From Lama glama (taxonomy: Eukaryota): DNA of 64,000 nucleotides. Where the stretch lies: the NCBI GenBank assembly GCA_028534125.1, contig CM052816.1:2978001-3042000 (forward strand). The letters are read 5' to 3'. The notes under the pieces were generated by a model. The model ran no database searches, was not told where the DNA came from, and saw only the letters and a list, made by a program, of their open reading frames with translations. Shown piece by piece: positions 13,270 to 26,487 of this stretch. Position 1 is the first letter of the stretch; the number at the start of each line of letters is the position of its first letter. Made by a program: the position numbers and the translations under genes.

Positions 13270-13740
13270 TGTTAGTTTGGGAACTGCAGGAAGCAGAAGC
13301 CAAGGTGTAATTAGAAATGTGAGAGATTTATTAGGGGGAAACACCTATGAAGGATAAAGACAAAAAGGAACAAGAGTAGGTGTGGAAAGTCTAAGACCAC
13401 AAGGAAGTTCTGTCAAGGGAGAGAGGGAAGGAAGGAAGTTTGGGTAGAAGAGGTTACAACCAATTGCAGCAAAGCTCTGAGGAAATCTGGGCCAGGTGGA
13501 TGGGGAGCTGAAGGCAGTGCTTGCCCAGTAGAGGAGTCCTGCCTTGAGCACAAACGGTCAGACTCTGGCACATCTTGCTCAGCCATTGCCTGGGAGTAGT
13601 CCAGAGACAGCACAGCCCTGGCATAAATGCTGTGGCTGATCCCCAAAGAACAGTTGTTGGAGCTATTGGCCATCCACACTCCTTGCAACTAGTTCTCCAG
13701 AAGAGAGATCTGGGTGGTGCCTTCCCAGGGCTGCCACACC
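13270..13740 (-). mobile_element. ERVL-type solo LTR, subfamily uncertain
   Basis: tgttagtttggg...aagcagaagccaag...gagatttattagggggaaacacctatgaaggataaag; the polyA signal lies on the minus strand. Confidence 0.6.
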
Positions 13741-14802
13741 CCTGTGCCTTGACTTAAACTCCTCCAAAGGAAACACCAAGGAGCCAGCCACAGGAGATAA
13801 GCAGTCAGTGTCCACAACCGCTCCTCCCACATAAATAACACAGCTGAGTACATTTGTATTCAAACCTTGTGTTGGTTTGGCCTTAACTAAAAATGTCAGC
13901 CCATTTAGTGAAAAATATGTTTTCCTGAAGAGGACTGGGTAGGGCATTCTCTTGTTTATTTTTCTACCGTGGACACATTTAAATTGCCACAAAGAAATTA
14001 CTATGGAAACTGCTCCCAACCTTGCAAGATAAAGGGGTAAAAATGGAACAATTTTTTAACAAGCAAATGATTAGTCTTTCACCAGACTACTTTTTAACGA
14101 ACTTTCCTTGTCTGGTTCTTCTGAATACATTAAGGGCTCTCTTGAATCAAAGGTAGACAGACAGGTTTTTTGGTGTTACATTCTGGATGATACTGGTTAA
14201 CTGGGGAAATGTCACAGGTGACAATTCTGGATTAGTCTAGACTCTGTCAAACTTGGTGTTGGAACAGGTAAAGTAGATAACATTGTCCTCTTTGGGTAAC
14301 TCTGGTGAAGCTGACTGTGAATTGCTCTGACTGTACAAACCAGCCTAGGGCGGGAAGGTGGTTATTTTTATGCCAGGCCCACTGCTGGTGTACCCTGGAC
14401 CTGCTTGTTTGAAAGTTAACTTGTTGAGCCCTTATTTATGCAAAGCAGTTTCTCTTTCTTATCTTCCCTGGCCACATTCCATCCTTTGAATCTTGGGCTG
14501 GACAGTCCGTTCAACATGAAACAGAAATTTCTCATTTGAAAGCCCCAATTCTCTCCCCAACCCACTTCTTCAACTCACTTTATGCCTATCTGCCTAGAGC
14601 ACTCCTAACCTGGCAAAGCTCTCAGATAGCTTTGTTGTGACTTTTGCTTCTTATAGTCTTTCAACTTGCTTGTCTTGGGCCTTAATCCCAAAGGCCTACT
14701 GAAACACTTTTCAAAGCTGCTTTTATTAAGATGCTGCAATATGAAGAGGTAATTTAACTTGAGGAATTAACTAGGGCTCAGAGGTTCTAGATTGGGGGGG
14801 GG

Positions 14803-14923
14803 TATTTTTTTTTTGTATCGGGGAACGGAGGTAATTAGGTTTATTTATTTATTTTAATGGATGTACTGGGGATTGAACCCCAGTGCTAAGCACGTGCTCC
14901 ACCACTGAGTTACACACTCCCCC
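14803..14923 (-). mobile_element. tRNA-derived SINE, camelid Vic-1-like
   Basis: gtactggggattgaaccc...ccactgagttacacactcccc with a (TTTA)n/T-rich tail; imperfect flanking repeat aggttctagattggg / agattcttgattggg. Confidence 0.85.
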
Positions 14924-15712
14924 ACCAGATTCTTGATTGGGACTTGTTACCTAGCTTCATGACTAGCAGCAATCAATTTCACACCTCCTTTCTGAAACAG
15001 TCTTCATCTGATTCAGATGATTCCTGGTTCCCTTCATCAGGAATTCTTTTCTTGCAGATTTTTTTTTTGTCCAGCTTTTTATTATTCAAGTTTCAGCTTA
15101 AATATAATGTCATCAGACAGGCTCTAAATATTCCCTAATATTATTTTCCTCTAACATCATTCTCTGTAACATTAGCTTCTGTTTTCTTCAAGCATTTTCT
15201 ATCTGCAATTATCTTAAAGGTTTCCTTGATTACTATGTTTCCTCCAAAGACCTTCAATATCAAAGAGGGCTAAGGCCTTGTCTGTCTCCTTCCTGTATTC
15301 CCCACTCCTGGCACATAGAAAAATGTGTAGAATGAAAAGCACTGTAAAATTTGAGCAGTTGGACCAAATGAACTTTAAGGTTGCTTGCAGCTTTAACATG
15401 AACATTGTCAAAAATGAGTAAGTGAAAAAGAAGTGACAACCATTGCAATAAAACACTGAACACTGCGTGTGTATACACCTAGGTTTTAAGAATATACAGC
15501 TGCCAAGTTCTTGGGTCTATCATAGTGTTGGGAGTGTTGTCTTTCTAGTTTCCCACAGAGGGTGAACTGAGTTTCTGAGCTTTATTATAAAGTATCTAAC
15601 AAGGATATCAGGTAGCTGTCTAAATATAAAAGTATGTATCATAAAATTAGAGTGGAATAGGTTTTAGGACACAACAATTTCAATTTACAGGGATGGAAAT
15701 TAAGGCCCAGAG

Positions 15713-15796
15713 AAGGAAGAACATTTGGACATTTGGAACCAAATACGGCGTTGCTTAAGGAAGTATATTTGGACATTTCTAACCAAATACAGCGTT
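15713..15796. repeat. Tandem duplication, 44-bp period, 2 copies
   Basis: aaggaagaacatttggacatttggaaccaaatacggcgtt versus aaggaagtatatttggacatttctaaccaaatacagcgtt (35/40 identical). Confidence 0.9.
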
Positions 15797-15879
15797 TTTC
15801 TGTCAGTGAGGAATACATATGCCAGCTACACTTCCATGTAACCGTTATTAATAATAAAGCAATACTTTATATTTGAAAC

Positions 15880-16720
15880 GCATGTTTGACCGTGACTAGT
15901 CCCATACCCGCCGTTCTGAACGGGAGCACGGAGGATTCGTTAAAGCACGGATGACAGGACCCCAGCCCCACAGTTTCTGGTTCTGTGGGTCAGGGGGCTG
16001 GCGAGGGTGTGGAGAACCGGCAGAGTCCGAAAGGAATCGTACCAACCTTACCTCACAACTCCCTCAGCTTAACTCGCCCTCTTGGCGCGCAGAGAGAACC
16101 ACAAGTCCCAGCGTGCCCCGCGCGCAGCGGGCGGAAAGCCGGGCACTTCCGCTCCACGCAGCGCCTCTGCCCCCGCGTCTCGACGTGTCACTGGCGGCGC
16201 CGCGGCCGTGGCTAGAGGAGCTCCGACTCGGGGAGTTTCAGGCGGCGGTTGGCGGCGGCTGTGACCCCGGCCTGGATCTGCCCCGGCGCGGAAGTGCTCA
16301 GGGGTCCGTGGGGAGCAGGAGAGGGAGGTGGCGGCCCGGCCGCTCGGGGCACGATGTTGAACATGTGGAAGGTGCGGGAGCTGGTGGACAAAGCGTGAGT
16401 ATCGGGGGCAGTTGTGGCCAAGGCCCACGCGGGGGAGGGGCGGGGGAAAGGGAGCCGGCCCTGCGCGCGGGGCGCCCGCGTCACGCCCCCCGGCTCGGCC
16501 AGCCCCATCATGGCGGCGGCCGGCTAGCTCCCCGGCTCCGGGCCGCGTCCCGACTCGTGAGGCTGGGAAGGGACCCTTCCTCTTTCAAAACGTCCTCTTA
16601 GCCTCCTTCTCTCCTGTCCAGGCCTTCCTCACCTTGCCCCTGCCCCCACCCCTTTAGGCACTGACGCTTCGGCCAGGGGAGGGGGCGGGGTTGTCTAGAG
16701 CTGGGTCACTGCCCTGGCCG
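15880..16720. promoter_or_regulatory. CpG-island promoter of CLINT1 with ETS/GABP sites and GC boxes
   Basis: Sharp rise in GC and CpG around exon 1; CACTTCCG at 16144-16151, CGGAAGTG at 16289-16296; GGGGCGGGG boxes at about 16437 and 16682; no TATA box seen. Confidence 0.92.
16354..16394 (+). CDS. CLINT1: CLINT1 coding exon 1 (MLNMWKVRELVDKA, 41 nt, ends in phase 2)
   Basis: ATG in ggcacgATGt context (A at -3) inside the CpG island; donor AGC|GTGAGT at 16395. Confidence 0.97.
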
Positions 16721-17494
16721 GAGAACTGTCTTGGCCCCAGGCTTTGGGCTTTGCCTCCTGGGAAGCAGCGAAAGCTTGGGGGTGGGAGACGCAGTTCATT
16801 GGGTCTCTGTGCCCCTCAGGGTGTGGTGCGGAGACCTTCGACCTGGTCGGGATGTGTCCTTTATCTTTCAATTCGTAATGAGCCTGAAGTGTTGGAGTGG
16901 GTGTTAGGTGTAACAAGTGGCCACTGTGGTCAGACTGAAGTTATCAAGAGGAGACTCATCCTTTGCTTTTCGAACACCAGGGAAGGTAGATCACCATATA
17001 ACTTACTGTGGTTCTTTTCTTCTGTTTCCTTTTCCACTACACTTCATTTTTGGAAGGCCTTTTGTTCCATTTGCTTTAATTAACAACTCATATAATTAAC
17101 AAGAAATTTCCCCTAAAGAAGAAAACAACCCAGTTTTATATCCTGTTGATCTAGTTTTAACTTCCTTGACAGGTAAAATGACTAATACATAGTTGATTTT
17201 CTTTAAGACTTAAGTGATAACTTTAGTGTGTTACTACACTAGGGAAACTTTAACACTTAAATTGAGTATATCAGATACAACAGTGGTTAAACAAGGTCTT
17301 CTAGGCCAGCAGGAAATCAATTTTAAGAAATTTAATCAGTCCTTCCTTTTGGGTTTTAGTGATGATGCAGTATATGTGGTGACACAAACAGTTCATTTGT
17401 GCCACTAACCCAACTAAAATCAGGAAGTGTAGGTGGCAAACTCTTGGTTTTCTTGACACCAGAAAAAATAATTCATTAAGAAATACAAACGGCT

Positions 17495-17655
17495 AGGTAT
17501 ATAAATCAGATCCAAGGATGTAATGTACAGCACAGGGGACATAGCCAATATTTTATAATAACTTTAAATGGAGTATAATGTATACAAATATTGAATCACT
17601 ATGTTGTACACCTGAAACTAATGTAATATTATAGATCAACTATACTTCAATTAAG
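17495..17655 (+). mobile_element. 5'-truncated L1 3' end (laurasiatherian type)
   Basis: gtacagcacagggg...gaatcactatgttgtacacctgaaactaatgtaatattatagatcaactatacttcaatt. Confidence 0.85.
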
Positions 17656-17739
17656 TAATGATTCACAGTGGCTTAGAAAATGCATCAGATAGAATTTAGA
17701 GTTTGGCCATATTTTCAAATTTTCTATGCTACCAAAAAG

Positions 17740-17950
17740 GCTGTAGAGCTAAGGAGCAGAAGTTTCTTGAGTCTGCAGAACTGGATCAAGCTCTCTAACC
17801 TTGGCAAGTAACTCAACCTTGAAGTGCACCAGTTTTCTCAGATGCAATATGAAAATAGTGCTAGATACTTACCCTAGAATGTTGTTGGGAGAGTTAAGGG
17901 CTAAGGGCTTACTTAGATAGCAGATAAAGCCCTTAATACAATATATTTAG
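17740..17950 (+). mobile_element. MIR SINE
   Basis: accttggcaagtaactcaacc...cagttttctcagatgcaatatg. Confidence 0.6.
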
Positions 17951-20899
17951 ATCAGTATTCTTTTGATAACTATAGTGAATGTTCTGCATCAAGAATGAGA
18001 TTAAACTTCATTAAGAGTTTGAAACTGTTTGAAAAGTGATTTTCCTTTATCAGCTATTCATATGACTATTAAACCCTCAGTCTTTTATTTTGGGTTTGTT
18101 TTGCTATTTACATACCCTTGCCTTTCAAAGATTAATAAAATCATGGTTCTTTTCCAGATCTAGGTTCATTGGTTGTTTTTTAATATATGGTATAAAGACT
18201 AGGATACCAGCTTAAATAGTCCAAAAGCCCCTACAAAAGTACCTTTTTGTTTTTAAGCCAGAGAACAGCAGAAGAAAACCATTAAAAAACACCTTGTTAT
18301 CTTAGGGAACTAAATTTGTGGTACTCAAAAATTAGAAGAGACTACATTTTTCAGGAGACAAATCAAGGCAGTGTTCCTGCTCTTATTCATTTTGTTTTGT
18401 CTTTATCAACTTTGTTACTAATCTTCAAGTGCTTCAGGTTAAATTTGCCATGTAACTAGTTATCAAGTCATCTAATGGAAGAGCTGTTTTGAAAAGTAAC
18501 TTCTGTCTTCCTTTTCACTACCCAATTTAGAATGGAGACTTGAAGGAAGTTATTCAAGAACTTGTAAGAATGTTGCCACCAAGGAATTTTTAAAGCTTTC
18601 GTGGGTGTCTGACACATGATATTAAGATTAGAACATGAGATTATTTTACTGATAATACTCAGGCTTTACTTTTCATCTTTCACTGGTAGGAGAGAAATTC
18701 TTCCTCCCAAATGTAAGCATTTAACAGAACCAGTGCCAGTGGTATTATGTTCAACTGTACTATTCACCTTAAATTGCCATAATGGAGGTGAAGCAGATCC
18801 TTTTTGGATTATCAAGGGGATGGGTGATGAGGAAACAATGAAGAGATTAAGGACAACTCTGAGAGCTTGGTTTAAAAGAAATGAGTGTTTATAAGGTAGA
18901 GAGAGCACTAGTTAGGGGTTTGGGTGAGTTAGGTTCCGATTCTGACACTGCCTTTAGATTAGCCTTATGTATAATTTGAGACAGAATCACATGACTCTCC
19001 AGATCTTGGATTTCTTTAAAATGATAGGAATGGACTATAGTAAGACTTTTTACAACTTTGCTGGCATTTTAGAGACATGAATTTTCATCAGGGGAAAAAA
19101 ATGGAACAGGTATTTCATAATAGCAGGTGAATTTTATAAAATCATCATCCTCTAGAGACACTTTCAGCTGAAAAAGGAATTTTTTTGAGTGGCAATCAAT
19201 AAATGTTACATTTAAATGCTTTGTGCAGTAAATAAGTGCAACCCATGACTCAGGAAAACTAGGACTTTTATTTAGCATGTATCCTTACCCAATGAGGTTT
19301 ACTTCAGAAAGAAAAATGTGTTCTTGCAAAGTGTGTTCTCTGGAGCTACTGTTAGATTCAGTTTGGTGGCATTTCTTAAGAATAATGGTAGATTTCAAAT
19401 ATTGGCTTTTGAGATTTTGAAGACTTTTATGGAAGATTGAGGAGATATTTTCTACAGTTGTTGCACCTCCTGGTGGTATTAAATGGCCCTGTTTTGCAGA
19501 ACATTGTGGAACTGAGGAAAAGCAGAATAAAGCCATAGGCCAGCCAGAGGTTGGAGTGCCAATTTCCTCCCACTGGTCTTAAGTTGCATAAAAGGCAGCT
19601 GTGGCAGGAAAGAATAAGTGATACCACTCCCACCAGCTGGGACTAGCTTGAGCATTGTCATCCTGTGACCTGCCTCCCTTTATTTAAGGCTATAATAAAA
19701 TTGGATACTTTTATGTTTTGTTATCCCGTATGTGGTATAAATTGAAAGTTGCTTCAGTTCTCTTATATTTTTTTTCTCCAAATTTTTGGAATGTCGTGAA
19801 GGTAACATGGTAGTGGTAGATCAAACTGCTGCTTACTGTTCAAGCCTAACCAATCCTTCTCTTTCATGAAGGGAGTAACACTAATGGTAAATCTGTTTCA
19901 TCAGTGGCCCTTAATTCTTTTTATGATAGTGATTCAAACAGCGCTGGCCAAGGTCCTAAGGCAACTGCTATAGATACTCCATTTTAAGACATTCTTCTTA
20001 AGCGTAATGTGCATCCTCCCCCCAAGTTGATTTTTTTGGTGTTATTTGCATGTTTTTAGTTCCTAACTGTTCACATAATATAACTGTGGAAACTACTGTT
20101 CTAGTCTAGCTAACCCCAGAGGGAGAACCTTGTGCTATTTATAGAAAATATTTCATTTGGTTATTTCAACAGATAATACATTTATTATTTATTGAAATAG
20201 TGCTATATTTTCTGAACTTGGAAAAATGCAATACCTGCCTGCAAGAAACTTGCCGTTGCAGAACGCTACAACTTGAACTTATCATTGGTTTTCCTTTTCT
20301 TTGAATCCTCAGGTATTTCCCTCCTTATTTCTCCTATCTTACCAGTAAATCTCTGTTCAGTTTGCTTCTTATAACTTGAAAACAAAGATAATTGACAGCT
20401 TTCTAGTCTCCCCATATCAGCTTTTCTTTGAACCGATTATAGATAATTATTGCTCAAACAATAAATTCATTATCTTTTATCTCTTCTGGTAATGGTTCAC
20501 TGGTAGATATTAAGAATTTTGTTCCAAAGAAAGGTGAGTTCATCTTTGCCAGCATGTAAGAGTGATTATCTGTAGTTTAGTCTATTCAGTACTACTGTCA
20601 GGGTGCTTTTAAAAAGCATTTAGCCACCTCTTATGTTTTCCTGTGCCCTTTAGTGCTAGTTTACAAGTAGTTTTTCATCCGTTTACTGATACATCCACTA
20701 AAAATATTTGGTCTTTTTTATTTTAAGTACTGCTCGCTAGTACTCCCAGGTTTTACAGTATGACTCCACAGTTTTCTGTGCTCTTATATTATTTCTTATT
20801 TCCAATGTTTGTTTAATGTTTCTTCTAAGGAAGAGTATAGGCAGCTTATAATGAAGAAGTTTTATTGTTTTGTCTTTCATCGTTAGATCTGTCTAGCTG

Positions 20900-21510
20900 G
20901 AATTTGTTTTTTGGCTTTTATTACGGAAAATCTCAAGTATATCAAAAAAAATGGAGGGACTGTTATAATGAACTTCTGTTTACTTATGATCTGGCTTCAA
21001 CAGTTTGGCCAATCTTGCTTCATCTGTGACTCTACCTGCAACCCCTACTCCATATTATTTGGAAGCAAATTCCAGACACTGTATAATTTCAGTATATTAA
21101 TCTCCGAAAGTTAAAAGAGTCATCTTAATTTTAACCATAACCACAATACCGTTATCACACCTTTTAAAAAAGGCGATAACTTAATATCAAATGTCTAGTC
21201 AGTATTCATTTCTCAGTTACCTCATAATTCCATTTTGATGTTTCTGATTGGTGGATATATCTCTTTATTCTCTTAAACTATAGGTTCAACCTCTGTCTTT
21301 TTTTTCCTCTTGCAATTTATTTGTTGAAGAAACTTGAGTTCTTTGCATTTCTCTCAGTCTAGAGTTTGGTAATTGAATCTGCATGGGGTTTTTAAAATTT
21401 TTCTCTAACCTCTGTTTCTTCCAATTTGGTCACTGTATCTAGTAACTTGATAAATTCATGTTTCAGTTTTGGGGACAGCAGGACTACTTCATAGATTCAG
21501 AGTACATTTT
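20900..21510 (-). mobile_element. L1MC-type 3' UTR, antisense
   Basis: ttggccaatcttgcttcatct...ggaagcaaattccagacac...tttatttgttgaagaaac. Confidence 0.7.
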
Positions 21511-21744
21511 TTAGTACCTGAAATTTCTTATGTATAAAGATTTAATTCTTTTCAGTCTCAGCTGACATTACTTAACATTCTAGGACAATATATTTAACTG
21601 TTTATTTTTTTTTTAAGGTCTCACTTCATATGAGCTTCCATTGTTTAGTCTATGAGCGTTTGTCCATTTATACTTTTCTATATTAAGTTGCTAGCTGTAT
21701 ACACCCTTCTATACATAGGCACCTCTATGTGGTATTTAAGGGAC

Positions 21745-21950
21745 CTGGGAAGAAGTTTGTGGCTCAGAGATCAGAACGGGACTGAAATCCTAGATCCCCC
21801 ACTAAGAAATGGTGATCTTGGGCATGTGAACAGTATCTCTAAACTTTCTCATCTATAAAATGGAGATATTTATTTTACAGGGTTCTTGTGAGGATTGAAT
21901 TCATAGCATTTGACATAAACTAAACTCTTGAAACACTTATTATTGTGTAA
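21745..21950 (+). mobile_element. MIR SINE
   Basis: gtgatcttgggcatg...tttctcatctataaaatggagata...gtgaggattgaa. Confidence 0.75.
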
Positions 21951-22849
21951 TGCACAAAATAATTTATAGCATCTAGAAAAAAGTCAAAAGAATATAGTGT
22001 TTGAAAGAATAAAGAAAATGTCAGGCTAGATCACTTACAAGTATGTAAGAACTGTGTCTTAATCTATGAATCATTATTTTCAGTGGATACTTACTCTCCT
22101 AAAACTGTTCACGTGAATAGACATCTTATCCTGTGTAAAGGAAAATAATAAAAATATCTTTTATGTGTACTTTGAATTTACCAAAGCATAAATGCTTTTA
22201 CTTTAACGTTGTCAAGCATATTACAGAAATACATCTTTCGAAAGACATGTTAAGGAATAGTCTTTGGAAAGACATTGCATTTTCCATCTGCTAATTTTTA
22301 TTCAGTTTGTTTTGTATTTTCTAAGGGTTTTAAAGATACTGCTAATGTAAAATATTTCTTCTAAAGTGTAAAAAGACTTATTTTATGGAGGCAAGTTGAA
22401 GTTGACAATTTATCCTTAAAGAGATTGAACAAAATCAAGAAAAGAACCCTCTAAAATATGCTGTCCACTTCCGTCATCTCTGACAATAGCTGAACAGTAT
22501 GTACAAGATAAGCACATTGCAGAAAGGGCCTTCAAGGTTTTCAGCACAGTCTCCCAAATTATATAATAGAAAAAAGACATGCAGTGAAAATTCAGTTTCT
22601 TGTTTTTCTTGCCATTCGCTTTTATGCATTTTAGCAAATCATTAAAGAAAAATGTGTATTCATTGATCAGTTGTAAATTTTTTTAAATGGCTTAAGATTG
22701 TATGATTAAAACTTTTTATTTGCAGTTAAACCACCATGGTTAAATAATACCCTTAGTTTGATATGTTTGGCTTATAGTTATAAGTTTGATAGTGAATGGG
22801 CTTCTGAAGTGTGGCTCATTTGTCATGAAGCCAAATAAAAATTTTAACC

Positions 22850-23200
22850 CTGTAGTCTGTTCTGCACACAGCAACAAGAGTGATTCTTTAAAACTATTAA
22901 GTCACATCTTAGAACTCTGCAGCCACTTCTCATTTTGCTTCTGCCCAGCCTCTAGTTGATCTGGCTCTACTGCTCCCTCTGACCTCATCTACCACCACTC
23001 CCTTGCTCTTTCAGTGTTTCTGTATAAAATGCCTGTGTTCAACACGTCAGTCTTTCCCCTCTGCTTCCTTTATTTGCATGTACCCATCTAATGCCTCTGG
23101 GATGTAAGCTCCTTGAGGGTAGGGACTTTGTGATGTTTACTGTATTACTAACTCCTCAAACAGTGTATGACATAGAGTAGGTGTTCAGGATTTATTTTTG
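22850..23200 (+). mobile_element. L2 3' end
   Basis: gatgtaagctccttgagggtagggactttg...cagtgtatgacatagagtaggtgttca. Confidence 0.75.
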
Positions 23201-26200
23201 AAATTTGGTAAGTTGATTTATATTACTGAGGAAATCATCTAAGCCCAGATATTTTGTAATAAAAGCTAATGGTTATTCAGCATTTGCCATGTGCCAAGAA
23301 CAGTAGTGACAAAATTATTCTTCTTAATTTATGGATAAGGAAACTGGCCACAGAGACGTCCAGAAACTTGCCTGAAGTAACATCTAGAAAGTAGAGTCTG
23401 GATTAGTCTGCTTTCAGAACATATATTTAACAGTTTTTTTTTTACAAGACATTATTCACTGTAAGAAAAGTGAATTACTGTTGTATGCCTTACACAAGTT
23501 AAAAATTACTTGGAAAAATTTGTGATACTTAAGTTTCTGAACCAAATTTAGTGTTTATTCCTTTTTCCCCTTTATGTACCTCTCATAAAAGAAAAGTGTT
23601 CTAGCTGCTTGCAGTCCCTTGAATAATGCTTGTAAGAGAGATGCTCCTCTGTGAAAGAGACGCAAACAGTTTCGTAGGTGAAAAAAGAAATCTTATGCTA
23701 GTGTACTGAACATGCTTGCTGTAATTAATCCTAAAAAAGATATGGTGACAGTCAGGGGCTATATTATGTACTGCAGAATTAGTCCTCTGTAACCTGCTTC
23801 CACAGCTATAATAAGTTTTACACAATTATTTGATCTTTATACTGTGGTCAGTTAGCTTTGCCTATAGCGCTGTGTCACATTAACCTGTGATTTAGGCACA
23901 AGTTTTCCCAATTTTTCTTATGTTCAAATTGGATAATTTAAGAACAGTTTTCCTTTGTCCATTATGTACCTATCCAAGTAGTAGGATTTTGGCATAGGTT
24001 GTAAATATCTGAATGTTGTACAGTAACTGAAATTACGTTACTGATATCCTTACTAACTTTGGCCATATCTTATAAGAGTCCTTCAGTGAGTGCTTATTAA
24101 GTATCTGCCTAAGCACTGTAGCATAGTTTAAGCTGAGACTGATCTTACGGTTCCAGTGGCAGCTTATGATTCAGTAAAGTGGATGCATATGAAAAGCACA
24201 TGTATAGATGCTTGGTGTTTTTGTTATTGTTGTTCTTTTGTATTTGTTTGGTTGGTTTTTTGAGAACTTAAGCGGAAAAATTATATAGGTTTCAGAATTT
24301 TTGTGGATGAGGTTCTGGAAACAGTTTCCTTTTTGTCAGAAAAATTGAGTCTAGTTTTTGGGATTTGGAAATACATTTGAGTAAATCTAAGTTTACTTGG
24401 TGGAAAATAGGGGAAATTATCGGTGAGTTAACTTTTAAATTTTATAAATATATCAAGTATTTGAGTGCTTTGAGGTAGTTCTACAAACTTATCACTGAGA
24501 TGCAAGATTTCTCATTTAATCATTCTATTGATAGGATGTTTTTAGTTACATACTTTCAGTTAGTGTTTGATATTTGGCAGTGCATCTGAACTTAATGAAA
24601 TGGAAGCGAAAATATTTACAAGTGAGGTAATCAACCTGTGCAGTATCAAGCATTGTGTCTTCAAAGATGTAATTTTCACATATTGCCCCAGTGCAGGCTA
24701 TCTCTTCATTTTATCATTCTCTTTAGAAGATTTTATGCTTTTTAAAAAGTTTAACTAATTTTCGTACTACTAGATTGTTCTCATAGAGTCAAATAATACA
24801 TTTAACAAAATTACCTTAACAGGGTATTTTCAGTAGGGTGCCACATATTTAAAAAGATCATTTGTCATGAGTATGCCCAAGCTGAGCAAATTTCCTTGGG
24901 TTTCAGTTTTATTTTTAAGTGAGGGGTGTGAGGAATACTTGAAGGGGAGACATCAGAAGTCAGGAGACTTTGTCCATTTCTGTATGTCCATTTCTATAAG
25001 TTTGTAAAACTATATGGATAAGGTATACCTCCCAGGACTGTTAAGAGAATTAAATGAGTTAATATATTGTGAAAATGTCTACCCTTGTGTTCTCAAGAAA
25101 TTCTTGCTCTTTGCTTTTGTTTTGTTTTAATTTTGTCATTGTGAGAGAGCTTTAAAAAGCTGTGACCCAAAATTAAATGATATTTAGGTGAACAAAGACT
25201 CATTCCTTAGATTAGTTCTAATTAGTAGGAATTTAAAAGTTGGCAAAACTTCTACTATTAAAATTATTTTAGTGGCTACTGTTTTATTATACCTGTAAAA
25301 ACTAGAATTGGGATCTATAATGCAAATAATTCTTAGTCTATACTATTTTTTAACACCTTGGATATTTGATTTGCTTGTGAAACCAGTCTAAAATATGATA
25401 TTTCTTGATTAGAAATATGTCATGCTGTCCTTTTTGTTTGTTTGTTTGTTAAAAAAATAGTTTATTTACTAAGTAACCTATGCAAGTGGCCCCAGGCAAC
25501 TGTCAGCAATAGGAAAGGATGTTTCACACTTAAAACATACCCACAGAACAATGCAAGTCTGCTCTAAGGACAGAGTAGCACCGTCTGGTTGTTGAATAGG
25601 AGTTAGTAGCCCCGTATTTTTAAAAAAATATGGACCTTGGGAGCTGAGGCTTTCAAAATTTATTAGAAACTGGATTTGAGGAACTTGTACTTGAATTGAC
25701 AATGTGTATCACAAGTTGTACAGCTGAATTTGTAATGACTGTTATTTTCAAATAAATATTTTATGCTAAATATTTGACTAGAAGTTTTTCTAGGAAGTGG
25801 GAATGGGTGTCCTAGTTTATGATTTAGAGTTATAAATATTCTATTACTGTTGTATCTAAATATAACATTTTGCTAGCTTTTAACTTTTGTCATATATGGT
25901 AATAGGTTACATGAAATACTGTGTTACATGAAAACTTTGTAACCAGAACAATCCTGTGAGCATCACTGAGGTGTGATGGGCCTATTTATTAGTTGTGTGA
26001 AATGTCTAACCTTTAGATTTTTTACTCATGTAAGTACGTAAGATTGCTTGACATGTTAACATGGTTTGGGGGAAGAGGGTGTGGTGTGGTGGTTGGTGTA
26101 CCAAGAGAATAAGATTTGTATAACTCAATTACTAATTGTTCCTTTTACTATAACTTAAGTATAAAATAAAATGGTATTATAAAGATCAAGTGACCCTAAA

Positions 26201-26487
26201 TTTCATAATGTGTTCTAACTCTGATAAACTTCCTTTACATTAAAATATATACGTTCTGTTCCTAAAAGCATAATGTATAACTTTCACTTTCTCAATGAAG
26301 GAATGGTAGCACTTGAGAAAGCTAGTTATTGCCTAATTTGACACTAAAATAAATGTTCTTTAAATTATAGAGTCCAGAAAATGACATTTTGAAGTGAAAA
26401 AGAAATAAACCAACCAGTCCTTTCCTGAAGTTTGACTATGTTCCAACTTATGTGTGTTACTTAGAGGGGCAGTTCTAGGCAAAAAAA

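Noticed and set aside
15951..16657. 216-aa and other overlapping ORFs on both strands at the promoter
   Set aside because: High GC content depletes stop codons; the products are low-complexity R/G/A/P sequences. The real coding part is the 41-nt exon 1 in another frame.
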